A stretch of 63,271 nt of DNA, filler included, from Octopus bimaculoides (Eukaryota), in NCBI RefSeq assembly GCF_001194135.2. It is 9 parts of 8 records of this genome, joined end to end, with 100 filler letters (N's around TTAATTAATTAA, not from the genome) between each part and the next. Parts side by side here need not be neighbours in the genome. Positions count along the whole stretch, not along the records: positions 19,912 to 33,933 come from NC_069002.1; positions 34,034 to 36,393 come from NC_068987.1; positions 36,494 to 39,628 come from NC_068982.1; 6 more parts are not named here. One strand, given 5' to 3'. The translations under genes were made by a program, and so were the position numbers. Shown piece by piece: positions 25,318-37,833 of the stretch; the stretch's first letter is position 1, and the number at the start of each line of letters is the position of its first letter. The notes below the pieces were generated by a model, which saw only the letters and a list, made by a program, of their open reading frames with translations, did no database searches and had not been told where the DNA came from.

Positions 25318-25500
25318 TGCGCGATATTCCGTTTCTTTCAGTTTCCGAGTTCAAATTTCGCCGGGGTCGACTTTGGCTTTCGTCCTTTCGGTGTCCATAA
25401 AAGAAGTACCAGTTGAACACTAAGGTTGGTGTAATCGGCTTACCCCTTCCCCCCGAAATTGCTGGCCTTATGCTAAAAATTTTGAAACCATTATTATTAT
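25318..25500 (+). mobile_element. SINE family B, diverged copy with (ATT)n tail
   Basis: GAGTTCAAATTTCGCCGGGGTCGACTTTGGC...TTGAAACCATTATTATT. Confidence 0.7.
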
Positions 25501-25507
25501 TATTTCA

Positions 25508-25935
25508 ACGCAGCAAGCTGGCAGAATCGTTAGCATACCGGACAAAAGGCTTAGCGGTATTTCGTCCGTCTATACGTTCTGAGTTGAAACTCCGCCGTTG
25601 TTGACTTTGTTTTTCATCCTTTCGAGGTCGATGAAATAAGGGTAAATTTTCAGATTAACACCCGCACGATTTTCACTAGGATGTTAGGGTTAGGGTTTTA
25701 GGGTCGGGGTTAGGGTTTTAGAGTTATGGTTAGGGTTACGGTTAAGGTTAGGTACAGAATTCCGTAACCCAAACCCTAAAACCCTAACCCTAATCCTGAC
25801 ACCCTAGTGAAAATCGTGCGGGTGTTAATCTGAAAATTTACCGAAATAAGTACCAGTTGAACACTTTGTTAAATATAATCGATTAGCTCCCTCCCTCAAA
25901 ATTTGAGGCCTTGTGCCTACAGCAGAAAAGTTTAT
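25508..25935 (+). mobile_element. SINE family B split by a MITE at 25641-25842
   Basis: ...GGTCGATGAAATAAG | insert | GAAATAAGTACCAG... Confidence 0.85.
25641..25842. mobile_element. 202-bp palindromic MITE with 40-bp perfect TIRs, 8-bp TSD and internal TTAGGG/CCCTAA-like repeats (Merlin-like)
   Basis: TIR GGTAAATTTTCAGATTAACACCCGCACGATTTTCACTAGG at 25641-25680 with exact inverse at 25803-25842; TSD GAAATAAG at 25633-25640 and 25843-25850. Confidence 0.9.
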
Positions 25936-26146
25936 TACCATTGTCGCCATGAAAACTTTCGATTGGTATGTATCATTCATTTATCAATCTACTCTAGTCA
26001 TGTGCAGCTTTATTCAAGAAGCGGGCCGCATGAGACATAGCTCGTCATCAGGTGGACTGCACTACTAAAAACCATTTAAATTTTCGTTTGGCTTACCATT
26101 CAGGAAGTGCAGTTTGTCTACAACTGGAGATCTGCTCACGCCAGAC

Positions 26147-26865
26147 CAGTCTTTCTCAACCATTTTCTTTTTTACCCACAAACTATTTTGGCTCTTATTT
26201 TACTCTGTTGGACCCCTTATAGCCGTACGATGTTTTTAAAATCTTATTATATTTCTATACTTAAATATTATTAAGAATTGTATTCAAAAAAGAAACTGTT
26301 AAAATATTTTGTGTATTGTAGAAATATAACCTATTTTATTCTTTTACTCTTTTACTTGTTTCAGTCATTTGACTGCGGCCATGCTGGAGCACCGCCTTTA
26401 GTCGAGCAAATCGACCCCAGGACTTATTCTTTGTAAGCCTAGTACTTATTCTATCGGTCTCTTTTTGCCGAACCGCTAAGTTACGGGGACGTAAACACAC
26501 CAGCATCGGTTGTCAAGCGATGGTGGGGGGACAAACACACACACAAACACACATACATGAATAAATATATATATACATATATACGATGGGCTTCTTTCAG
26601 TTTCCGTCTACCAAATCCACTCATAAGGCTTTGGTCGGCCCGAGGCTATAGTAGAAGACACTTGCCCAAGGTGCCACGCAGTGGGACTGAACCCAGAATC
26701 ATGTGGTTGGTAAGTAAGCTACCACACAGCCACTCCTGCGCCTAAACTGTTAAAATATTTTGTGTATTGTAGAAATATAACCTATTTTATTGCACATAAA
26801 TATTACCAACAAAATCTTATATTGACCTCGAAGGGTCATACGGATCCCTGTTGTATGAACCACTG
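26147..26865. mobile_element. hAT-type MITE interrupted by a family A SINE
   Basis: Ends CAGTCTTTCTCAAC...GAACCACTG; degenerate 8-bp flanks CGCCAGAC / CTGTAGAC. Confidence 0.55.
26341..26743 (-). mobile_element. SINE family A, full length (tRNA head, CORE-like segment, internal microsatellite, AAAAGAGT tail)
   Basis: Minus strand AGGCGCAGGAGTGGC..., B box GGGTTCAGTCCC, ACCTTGGGCAAGTGTC (CORE-like start); 48-bp direct repeats at 26293-26340 and 26744-26791. Confidence 0.95.
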
Positions 26866-27833
26866 CTGTAGACATTCCTTTATATGTCAGACGGCAAGTG
26901 AGAGATGTCAGACTGTCTCTCCGCCCACCACAGCAAGTGGTAGGTGTTAAGTGTTGCCTATTCCAGCTCTTAACCTCCAGCTCTAATATGAAATCATAAA
27001 CAGCTAAATATATTCACAAAGATTCATCCATTTTTCTCTGAAATAATTACTATTCTCCCCTCTTTCCCTCACCATCTCTTTTTGTCCCTTGTACCTCCTC
27101 CCTCTTCGTTCCTCCATCATCTCCTACTTTCTCTCTTCTCTTTCTCCCCTGTTTCATTAAGGTCTTATCAGATTTACAACAGAATGGGCTCCCAACTTGG
27201 CAGCGAGTAAATAAGGATAAATTCCATAAATATCGATTTGCTTCAGCTGTACAAGACAACTTCATTCTTTCCATTCTAACCAATATCTAACCAACCAGCC
27301 AACCAACCAACCAGCCGATTAAACCAATTGGCTGTGCAAAACAGAGCGCCAAATTCTTTCATGTGTTGCTACATAGATTAAATGTGACAATGAAAAATCA
27401 CACGCCGGAGGAAGCTTTGCATTAAATAAATAAATAATATATCGAGCAAGAGTGCTACGTTGTTGTATCACAAATTATCCTCCAGAAATTTTAATAATAT
27501 TTGTCTTTTAAATAATTTAGTAACTGCACTTTCGACGCTCGCCATTTGTATTCAGAAAAAGGAAAAAGAAAAAAAAAAAGGAAAATGGCGTCTCTGACGT
27601 CGACGCCGCCATCATTTTTCTTACACCTTGCAACTGCCTGCGTCGCTTCAGTTGCTGTTCAGAATTTCAATTCAACAAGCAAAGGAATTCGGAAAATGTG
27701 ATGCATGTGGTTTATTATGTGTTGCTTGCATTTGCGCGCGTGCGTCTGTTTTGGGTGTTCTGAGTGTGTGTTGTGTCTGTGTTGTCTATGTGTGTGTTCT
27801 GTGTGTGTGTGTATTACACATACTTATATACGC

Positions 27834-27872
<39 letters not shown>

Positions 27873-28207
27873 CACTTGCAACGTGTGTTATATGTGTGTG
27901 TGTATGTTGCATGTATGTGCCTGTATGCCTATGTATATAATTTATGTATGTGTATATTTATATAATCCATGTTGCATATAAACATATGTAGTGTATGTAT
28001 GTTGCACACACACACACACGTTATTATCTATCTTTTCTTGCTTCTTGTTTACATATATATATATGTGTGTGTGTGTATATGTATGTGTATATATATGTGT
28101 GTGTGTGTGTGTGTATGTATATATATATATATGTGTGAATATATATATATATATATATATACGCGTGTGTGTGTATATATATGTTTGTGTGTATATATAT
28201 ATATGTC

Positions 28208-28261
<54 letters not shown>

Positions 28262-28691
28262 AAATCAGGAAAAGAAAGTTCTTTTATGTGGAGTTACTTC
28301 TCTGCAACTCCACAAAAAAAAAAAGAGACCAAATCGTTAACGAACTGGAATGGCATTTATTGATTCCAGAGAATCTCCGTCTGGTCTCTTCAAAATCCTA
28401 CCCAACAAGCCGTAAAGCCGTTAACCTTTCCGCATACGGTTAGATTTTACGTGACATTGATATTGATGTTGGTACTGCTCGATGCTGAGAATAATAATGG
28501 CTGACTGAGCTTCGATTTGGATGAAGAATTCTATGTAATGGAATTCCTTATCCAACTGATGCTTCACTGGAATCGTCAAAGAATCACGATGTCATGTCAC
28601 AGTGATAAAATTCCAGCGTGTCATTGCGTTACCGTTTCATTGTAGCACGGTTTCGCTATAAATAAGAAAGGCATTGTTTCGTCAATAGTAT

Positions 28692-28741
28692 CTTTTACTT
28701 GTTTCAATCATTGGACTGCGACCATTCTGGGGTTTGAATAG

Positions 28742-28779
<38 letters not shown>

Positions 28780-28982
28780 TCGAACAGATCGACCCCAGGA
28801 CTTAATCTTTGTAAGCCATATACTTATTCTATCGGTCTCTTTTGCCGAACCGCTAAGTTACGGGGATGTTAGCACAACACCAACGCCGGTTGTCAGTCGG
28901 TGATGGGATGGAGACACACACACACACACACACATACACACACATATACGTCAGGCTTCTTTCAGTTTCCGTCTACCAAATC
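28692..28982 (-). mobile_element. SINE family A, 5'-truncated, with expanded poly-T insert
   Basis: Homology to 26341-26620. Confidence 0.85.
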
Positions 28983-28984
28983 AA

Positions 28985-29330
28985 GTCTGGTATTTATTCC
29001 ATCGGTTATCTTTTGCTGAAACCGTTAGATACGGGGAGGTAAACAAACCAACTACAGCTGTCAATTGATGTGGGACAGTAAAGACAAACACCAACACACA
29101 CACACACACACATGTAGGTGTATATGTCTGTATATATATATATTTAATACACACACACACACACAGACGACGGGCTTCCGCATTGTTTCCGTTTACCAAA
29201 TTCACTCACAAGGCATTGGTCGACCCAGTCTGGAGTTATAGCAGAAGACACTTGCCCGAGGTGCCGCGTTGTGATATTGAACCCAAAACAATGTGGTTGG
29301 AAAGCGATTTCTTAGCCACATAGCCATGTA
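28985..29330 (-). mobile_element. SINE family A, older diverged copy
   Basis: Homology to the family A body and head. Confidence 0.75.
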
Positions 29331-29431
29331 CTGCGTAATTTTTTCAAAATGTTTGCAGCCATTTTTCTAAATAAATACATCATATATATATATATGTGTG
29401 TGTGTGTACACACACACACACACACACACAC

Positions 29432-29560
29432 ACGAAGGGGTGCTTAAAAATTCCTCGCTTTAAGGGTGTCGCGAAAGGCCTGGCTGGAGAGCCAACTTTC
29501 CGAATTCTTTTATAGGGGTTAGAAAAACTGAAGGACCACTGCAATAAGTGTGTGAACCTG
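29432..29560 (+). mobile_element. Mariner-derived non-autonomous fragment
   Basis: Begins ACGAAGGGGTGC (mariner-like TIR); internal GLEKLKDHCNKCVNL resembles the mariner transposase C-terminus. Confidence 0.55.
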
Positions 29561-29612
29561 TTGAAATCATTGCTATTATTATTATTATGGGAGAGAGAGA
29601 GAGAGAGAGAGA

Positions 29613-29643
<31 letters not shown>

Positions 29644-30245
29644 AGAGAGAGAAAGAGGGAGAGAGAGATAGTACTCTATTGAACATCAATCACCCTTGTA
29701 CTTGGAGTGCTTCGAAAATGTTTAGCAATTGTTCCAAGCTGTGACCTTGTCCATGAAGCGTAGTTATGGAATACAGTTTTGGCAATAATACCCACTGAAC
29801 CTGTAAAATCCAGCGACTAGATTTTTAGTTCCAGTATAAGCTGGCATATACACCATCTCGGGGTACGGATGGAGGTGAATTTTTGAGGCCAAAAACGCCA
29901 ATTTTTAACATTACGGACATATAACCCGACGGCTTTTTTTTTTAGCAATAATCGAGGATTTCGAGAATAATTTCAGGTTTAAGAAATATGAACGTACTTT
30001 AAGAGAATATCCGCAAATCGTGAATTTACAGTACTCTATGCAGTATTTACTCTGAATCGATGAATACAGCATGAAGGATCAAAACTAAAGACTGTATGCA
30101 TACCAGTAACTAAAATGTTAGCTTGTAACTTTAGTGGTTACACCTGCACTTTTTTTTTAAATCATTAGAAATGCCGATAAGAACATTTGTACTAAGTGAT
30201 GACAGTTGTTTGATATTTGTGTCAATTTTGATTGTGTACCAGAGC

Positions 30246-30284
<39 letters not shown>

Positions 30285-30949
30285 GATGTGATTCATTTCG
30301 CATGGTTTTCAGCTATGCTGTGAGTTTTTTTTTCTTTTTTAATTCTGCATTTTAAAGGGACGTTTCCTGGACGAAATACTGCAGCCTAAAAACGTTTAAA
30401 CAAAACATTAAATATATGTGATCGATAATGTTTGCTTTTAGAGCTGTTTGCAAGTCAGAATTTAATTCAAAAGCGCATTGCTGATGTCTGCGATTTTTTT
30501 TTTTTTGTTGAACGGTGGCATTCTCATCGCTCCATTTAATTAATTATTGATTTTCTTAAATAGGGTGGAGCACCGAGTGACTTCCTTTGTAAAAAATATA
30601 TCTTAAAACATTCTCGTGATCAATTCATGCATGACCGACAAATGAGCCGTGGTTAACTTCTGCAAGGTTAACAATCTACGATCAAATTTTTAGCTTATAT
30701 TACGGCATATACGGTGTATTGATGACTGATTGAAATAAAAAAAACCCATCGAGTTGACCTGATCAGTCCTGTTGTATGATGCTTAGATTTAGCTAATGTA
30801 AGAGGCAGCGATTTAGATTAAGATCCTTAGGTCCAGTTTATGTACGACGCATAGATTTAGTTTGTTTAAGACCTATAGATTTAGCTTATATAGGACGCAT
30901 CGATGTTATCCAGTCATTGGATTATGGTCATTCTGAGGCACAGCGTTGA

Positions 30950-31100
30950 AATGTTTTTATCGGACGAATCGACTTCCAGTGCTTATTTTTATTTAGAGTC
31001 TGGAGACATTTGTCCAAGGTGCTGGCTGACCAGTGAGACTGAACCGGAAACTACGTGGTTGCAAAGCGAACTTCTTAACTGCGCAGTTTTGCCTGCGCCT
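30950..31100 (-). mobile_element. SINE family A head, old copy
   Basis: GACATTTGTCCAAGGTGCTG...GAACCGGAAACTACGTGGTTGC...CTGCGCCT. Confidence 0.65.
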
Positions 31101-31267
31101 ATGAGGAGATTTAACTGCTGCTTCTAGCATATTAAGTGGCTGCCTCATTGGCTTTAACCTCCATTCGTGAAAGCAGTCTCTTAATGGAGGAAGATGTTGC
31201 AAGTGAGAAGTGTTAGCTAACTTCATTGGACCAATCAGAAATGCTTTCGATCAGTCTGATCAATTTT

Positions 31268-31922
31268 TAAGGTGTCGCCTACTTGCCGAAAGTGCAAAAT
31301 TTTCGGGGGACTGTGTTGATGCCCTGCCTGTAGCCAACGTTGGTGGTCTACTCAGTCTGGATGAGCACCATATCTCCATGTCTTTGAGGGACTGAGTTGT
31401 CTCTGTGATGGGCCCTTCCGCTCCACAGGCCTTCATGGTTAGTCTTGCCGCCTAAATGCTGGTCATTTCGCTCGTCACACCGAACTAAATCTGATTAAGC
31501 AGGCCCTGGCTTGGGTAAATATCCCCTCAGTTCTGGAGCTGGCGGGATTTATCCAGAAGCGATGGGAAGAGACCAGACGGTCTTGAGACGTCACAGTCTG
31601 TGACTCCTTTGCTCCCCCCCCCCCCCACCACCACATCCTGTATGCTGCAGTAAATGGGAAGGTCACTGCTTCCGTAGCTGAACGGAACAAAATCCTTAAG
31701 TATCGGAACTTGTCGAAGACCCATCTCTCCCAGCCTGTAGCGTTTGAGACATTTGGAAGTGATGGGCCGCTGACAGCGAAGTTGTTCTTATTGTCAGCGG
31801 CTCGCTTTCTCGAGGTGTCAGGTGATGCCTGTGAGGGTGCTTGGCTGTTCCATTGTCTTAGCCTCACCATCGCCCGCAGGAATGCCGCAAGCGTATTGGC
31901 TTGCTTCAATAACTTCCGTTGA
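31268..31922 (+). pseudogene. CRE-clade non-LTR retrotransposon 3' fragment (knuckle plus REL endonuclease)
   Basis: Frameshifted translation: RLLAESAKFSG...DALPV; SCRLNAGHFARHTELN; IPSVLE; RSDGKRPDGL; QPVAFETFG; WLFHCLSLTIARRNAASVL - CRE-type motifs. Confidence 0.8.
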
Positions 31923-32774
31923 ATCTATGTGCGACCAATTGATGCGATTAGTGTTAAATTGCTTTTTTTTTTTTTTACCTTTTTCTTTCTTTCTTCGCTC
32001 CTGATTAGATCTTCTATTCTTTTGGATTTATATTTTAATGTAAAATATTTATGTGATCCAGTCTGCTGTCACAATAAAATACAATCTTTATTTTAAATGA
32101 TTAAATAGTTCATATATTGACTGTTATTTTTTAAACAAAATATTTTAGCATTTTTGTTTTTATAATTCTTCGTTTCAAACTTTTTGACCTGAAAGTAGTG
32201 TTTTTTCTACTGGCAACAGATTGTCAATAAAATCTCCCCCCCCCTCTCTCTCTCTCACGCTTACACACATATGTATATGTGTGTGTGTATGTATGCGTGT
32301 ATATATGTCTGTGTGTCTATGCATATGTGCATAAATCTACTTATATATGTTTATATATATACGCATATGCATATATGTGTGTGTATCTGTATGTATATAT
32401 ATATATATGCGCACGCATGAAGATGAATACATAGATATGTATATATTATGTGTGCGCGCGCGTTCAAAAATACGTATGTATGTGCATATTTGTGCCTTAC
32501 ACACATACACCCACACACACACACACACACATGTACACGTATATAAGCAACTACCAGTGTTCCTTCTAAAACCTTGCCCAGGCCTCTACATATATGTGCA
32601 AATAAATGGCAATGCCTCATCGACAGAAGCCATCAAGACACATTGATATATGAAGAAAGGACATGATGGTCGTGGCTGGAATGTCTTTTATCATAAGTCT
32701 GCTGGCTCTGTATTGACATGGAGCTAAGCAACCACAAGAACTGTTTTTAAAGAGAAAGCGCATATTTTATATAT

Positions 32775-33151
32775 ACTCTTTTACTCTTTTACTTGTTTCA
32801 GTCATTTGACTTCGGCCATGCTGGAGCACTGCCTTCAGTCAAGCAAATCGACCCCAGGACTTATTCTTTGTAAGCCTAGTACTTATTCTATCAGTCTCTT
32901 TTGCCGAACCGCTAAGTTACGGGGACGTAAACACACCAGCATCGGTCGTCAAGCGATGTTGGGGGGACAAACACAGACACATAAACATATACATACATAT
33001 ACATACATATGTACGACAGGCTTCTTTCAGTTTCCGTCTACCAAATCCACTCACAAGGCTTTGGTCGGCCCGAGGCTACACGCAGTGGGACTGAACCCGG
33101 AACCATGTGGTTCGTTAGCAAGCTACTTACCACACAGCCACTCTTACGCCT
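32775..33151 (-). mobile_element. SINE family A, full length with ~26-bp internal deletion
   Basis: Colinear with 26341-26743. Confidence 0.9.
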
Positions 33152-33645
33152 ATATGTCTGACAAAAAAAAAAAACAAATACAAAAACAAAATTAAGGGTT
33201 GGTCACAGGTGGAACGCCACTCAATGTCTACGTAATCATACAAGGCCTGCTGACCTTGACCTAAGACTAAACAACAACAACAGCAAACAATTTTGTCATT
33301 TATTTTCATATCAGGGAATTAATCTTTGTGTTGCCGTATATTCCTGGTATTGACATTATGTTTAACACTGAAAGAAGTCAGGCTTTGAAACTGGAAACGT
33401 GATATATCATCAAACCACTGGCCAAACATTATCGTCTGCACCAAATTTGCCGCCTTTTTCTCCCCCATACAATATGGCTACTGTCCTTCGTAATTCTGTC
33501 TCGCTGTTCCTTTATTGCTGACACAACAGCACCTTTATATCGCCTCCCTCTCCCTCTCTCTCTCTCTTTCGAACTCTCTCCCACACACACATCTTTCTCT
33601 TATCACTACTCCGCATCACATATATATATATATATATACATATAT

Positions 33646-33933
33646 AGGCGCAGGAGTGGCTGTGTGGTAAGTAGCTTGCTTACCAACCACATGGTTCCGG
33701 GTTCAGTCCCACTGCGTGGTACCTTGGGCAGGTGTCTTCTACTATAGCCTCGGGCCGACCAAAGCCTTGTGAGTGAATTTGGTAGACGGAAACTGAAAGA
33801 AGCCTGTCGTATATATGTATATGTGTGTGTGTGTGTGTTTGTCCCCCAAGCATTGCTTGACAAACGATGCTGGTGTGTTTATGTCCCTGTAACTTAGCGG
33901 TTCGGCAAAAGAGACCGATAGAATAAGTACTAG
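33646..33933 (+). mobile_element. SINE family A (3' end in gap)
   Basis: AGGCGCAGGAGTGGCTGTGTGGTAAG... Confidence 0.9.
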
Positions 33934-34309
33934 NNNNNNNNNNNNNNNNNNNNNNNNNNNNNNNNNNNNNNNNNNNNTTAATTAATTAANNNNNNNNNNN
34001 NNNNNNNNNNNNNNNNNNNNNNNNNNNNNNNNNACATATGTATATATATATATAAATGTAAACATACATATATACATATATGTGTGTGGGTGGGTGTTTC
34101 TGACACTGTGTGTGTTTATATATATATATATATATCCCTAAATATAATTTTCAATCTTTTCATCGCAAAATCTCTCTATCGCTCTACTTTTCACTATTTC
34201 TCTTTTAGTCTCTGTATTCTTTTTCACAACGTAGGCATCGCATCGCAGTCTCACTAACTTGCATTGTTTCTTCAATATTAATCATTCTCTGTCCACATCT
34301 CACTGTAAT

Positions 34310-34341
<32 letters not shown>

Positions 34342-34603
34342 ACTGGCTCAATCTCTCTCTCACTCAATCACTGTTTCTCTTCCTTTCTCTCTTTCTCTGC
34401 CACTCATTCATTCAGTCGCTCTCACTTTCTCTCCTTACCGCAATTAAACAAACACGCACGTACATACATACACAATATCTGTCTCAGGTTTCACAATTTT
34501 CTCATGTCTGCTTCTTGCCAATTGTTTCAATATTTCATTTCCTCAAATTAAACTTAATCTTTCTTACACACATCCAAACCACATTAATACCAAAATAGAC
34601 ACA

Positions 34604-34645
<42 letters not shown>

Positions 34646-35038
34646 CACACACACAGACACACAAAACACGCACACACATACACTTATACACATACACGTG
34701 TACATAAACACACGGGCTTCGAGATGTTCAAATGTGTACACTCACATACACACATACACACAAGCACACACACACACATACACACACACACATACACGCA
34801 CACACACGCAGTTATGCATAATGGCCACATTGGAAACAGAGGGAACGATATGCCCACGTGCTCATAATATGTATCTTAGATATTTTCTGTTATTTATATA
34901 CATTTAAGTGTGTTTCTATGTACACGTATATAATATATGGATGAATTCATGTGTGTATGTACATGTGGATGCAGGTGTATGTGTTTGCATATATATACAC
35001 CCAGAAATAAACACACACACACACTCACACACACATAC

Positions 35039-35102
<64 letters not shown>

Positions 35103-35919
35103 NNNNNNNNNNNNNNNNNNNNNNNNNNNNNNNNNNNNNNNNNNNNNNNNNNNNNNNNNNNNNNNNNNNNNNNNNNNNNNNNNNNNNNNNNNNNNNNNNN
35201 NNNNNNNNNNNNNNNNNNNNNNNNNNNNNNNNNNNNNNNNNNNNNNNNNNNNNNNNNNNNNNNNNNNNNNNNNNNNNNNNNNNNNNNNNNNNNNNNNNNN
35301 NNNNNNNNNNNNNNNNNNNNNNNNNNNNNNNNNNNNNNNNNNNNNNNNNNNNNNNNNNNNNNNNNNNNNNNNNNNNNNNNNNNNNNNNNNNNNNNNNNNN
35401 NNNNNNNNNNNNNNNNNNNNNNNNNNNNNNNNNNNNNNNNNNNNNNNNNNNNNNNNNNNNNNNNNNNNNNNNNNNNNNNNNNNNNNNNNNNNNNNNNNNN
35501 NNNNNNNNNNNNNNNNNNNNNNNNNNNNNNNNNNNNNNNNNNNNNNNNNNNNNNNNNNNNNNNNNNNNNNNNNNNNNNNNNNNNNNNNNNNNNNNNNNNN
35601 NNNNNNNNNNNNNNNNNNNNNNNNNNNNNNNNNNNNNNNNNNNNNNNNNNNNNNNNNNNNNNNNNNNNNNNNNNNNNNNNNNNNNNNNNNNNNNNNNNNN
35701 NNNNNNNNNNNNNNNNNNNNNNNNNNNNNNNNNNNNNNNNNNNNNNNNNNNNNNNNNNNNNNNNNNNNNNNNNNNNNNNNNNNNNNNNNNNNNNNNNNNN
35801 NNNNNNNNNNNNNNNNNNNNNNNNNNNNNNNNNNNNNNNNNNNNNNNNNNNNNNNNNNNNNNTATATATATATACATATATATGCCTGTGTGTATGTGTG
35901 TGTGCGAGCGTGTATTTGT

Positions 35920-36078
35920 GTCTCCCCCCCCCATCGTTTGACAACCGATGCTGGTGTGTTTACGTCCCCATAACTTAGCGGTTCGGCATATGTCCTAGGG
36001 TCGATTTGTTTGCCTACAGGCGGTGCACCAGCATGACCACAGTCAAATGACTAAGATACATAAAAGAATACAAGAATG
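35920..36078 (+). mobile_element. SINE family A, 3' half
   Basis: CATCGTTTGACAACCGATGCTGG... Confidence 0.8.
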
Positions 36079-36493
36079 TATGCGTATGCACACTAGATAC
36101 ATGCATACAAACATACATGCATTCGTACATACATAGTGATCATCATCACATATGCAAATGTATGCATGATATGACATGCATAAAACAAAACATACAAATA
36201 TTCATGTATACATACATACGTACAGACATACATACATACATACATGCATATATACATACATATATACATACATGCATACATACAAAAATACCTTGTTGAT
36301 GTTTATTTATTTATTTATTTATGTGTTTCAGCCAAGTGGTTGCGGTCATGCTGGTGCACCACCGTGATTTCCACGTTCCTTGCATGGCTCTTCNNNNNNN
36401 NNNNNNNNNNNNNNNNNNNNNNNNNNNNNNNNNNNNNTTAATTAATTAANNNNNNNNNNNNNNNNNNNNNNNNNNNNNNNNNNNNNNNNNNNN

Positions 36494-36525
<32 letters not shown>

Positions 36526-36609
36526 AATTCTCTAAATATATATATATATACGTGTACACATATAGATGCATACATACATATATATATGTGTGTGTGTGTG
36601 TGTATATAC

Positions 36610-36738
36610 AGAGCTTCATTGTAGTATGGGGTGTCAGTATCGAAAATCTCTTTGCTGGAAGACAAGCTGGAGGTTCTTCTGCTGACGACCATTACCAGGT
36701 TCTAGCAGAAGGATCTCCAGCCCCAACATGGCGGACAC
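36610..36738 (-). other. Candidate exon (possibly terminal) of an unidentified minus-strand gene
   Basis: Minus strand TTTATTTATTAG|GTGTCC...GCTCT|GTATAT; all three frames contain a stop if the whole interval is used. Confidence 0.25.
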
Positions 36739-37357
36739 CTAATAAATAAACTGTTTCCCACCACTTCCAATATAAACTCTCCCACACACATTGTACCCCT
36801 ACACACTGCATGCACACATAAAAATCACATGACCTTAAATACAGAAAGGAAACACACTAGGGTACACAGTAATGGATGCCTACACCCCTTGCAAAAGTTA
36901 TACATACAGTACCACTACACAGTTCCCATTTCCACAAGAACAACAACCTGATAGACACACACAATTCCTACAAACACTTCATAATAGCTCTTACTGATTT
37001 ACAGCATAACCAATAGCAGTGGCAATGTCTTGGTACAAAGGGACATAACACATGAATAAATCCACTACCCAGTTAGTTTCATCACCTTTTCACAACCACA
37101 AACCGGATGTCTCCTGTCACTTCCAACAATAGAGAGCAGTTGCCAAATTTCATTCAATATTGGCTATCTATGGTGAGCATAGGGTTATATAATCTGATTG
37201 TTACCTAACACTCTGCCATACTCCTGGCGTGAAACCAATTGGTAAGATCAGTTGTGGTTATATAATATTGTACACTTTAGATAATATACCCACTGTATTG
37301 ACAGATATACAAGTGCATTTTTTTCCTGACTTATAGATGTTTGGACAATTTACACAC

Positions 37358-37640
37358 ATCATTATCATCATTAAGCATCCGTTGTCCATGCTGGAAGGCT
37401 GCATCAGACTCCAGTCTGTTTTGACAAAGTCTCTATGGTTGGATGCCCTTCCTAACACCAACCACTCCAAGAGTGTAATGGGTGCTTTTATGTGCTGCTG
37501 GCATGGGAGCCATCTGCATGACACCAGTATCTGCCATGACCGCAGTTTTACTTGGCTTGATAGGTTTTTCCAAGCACAGCATAATGCCAAATGTACTCAG
37601 TCACTGATTCCATGAGATCTAATGCTCGATGCTCTACATG
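37358..37640 (-). mobile_element. LINE-3'-end-type repeat with (CAT)n tail, CpG-decayed
   Basis: CATCATT tail and GGATGCCCTTCCTAACACCAACC motif common in L2/RTE-related 3' ends. Confidence 0.55.
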
Positions 37641-37685
37641 CCAAATGGTCTCAGTCCTTGCCTCATACACACATGTATATATGTT

Positions 37686-37744
<59 letters not shown>

Positions 37745-37749
<5 letters not shown>

Positions 37750-37833
37750 TCAGTGGTTAGAGCATCGAGCTTATGATCCCAAGGTTGTGTGTTTGAATCC
37801 CGGACTGGGCTGTGTGTTGTGTTCTTGAGTAAG
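37745..37833 (+). mobile_element. tRNA-headed SINE head (same type as 6651 and 62635), truncated by gap
   Basis: TGGCTCAGTGGTTAG...TTTGAATCCCGGACTGGGC...GTTCTTGAGTAAG. Confidence 0.75.

Noticed and set aside
26045-26051. Isolated minus-strand CUGAUGA motifs (also 60357-60363; variant CUGAGGA...CGAAU near 5130-5150)
   Set aside because: No downstream GAAA in register; possibly decayed ribozymes, but unsupported.
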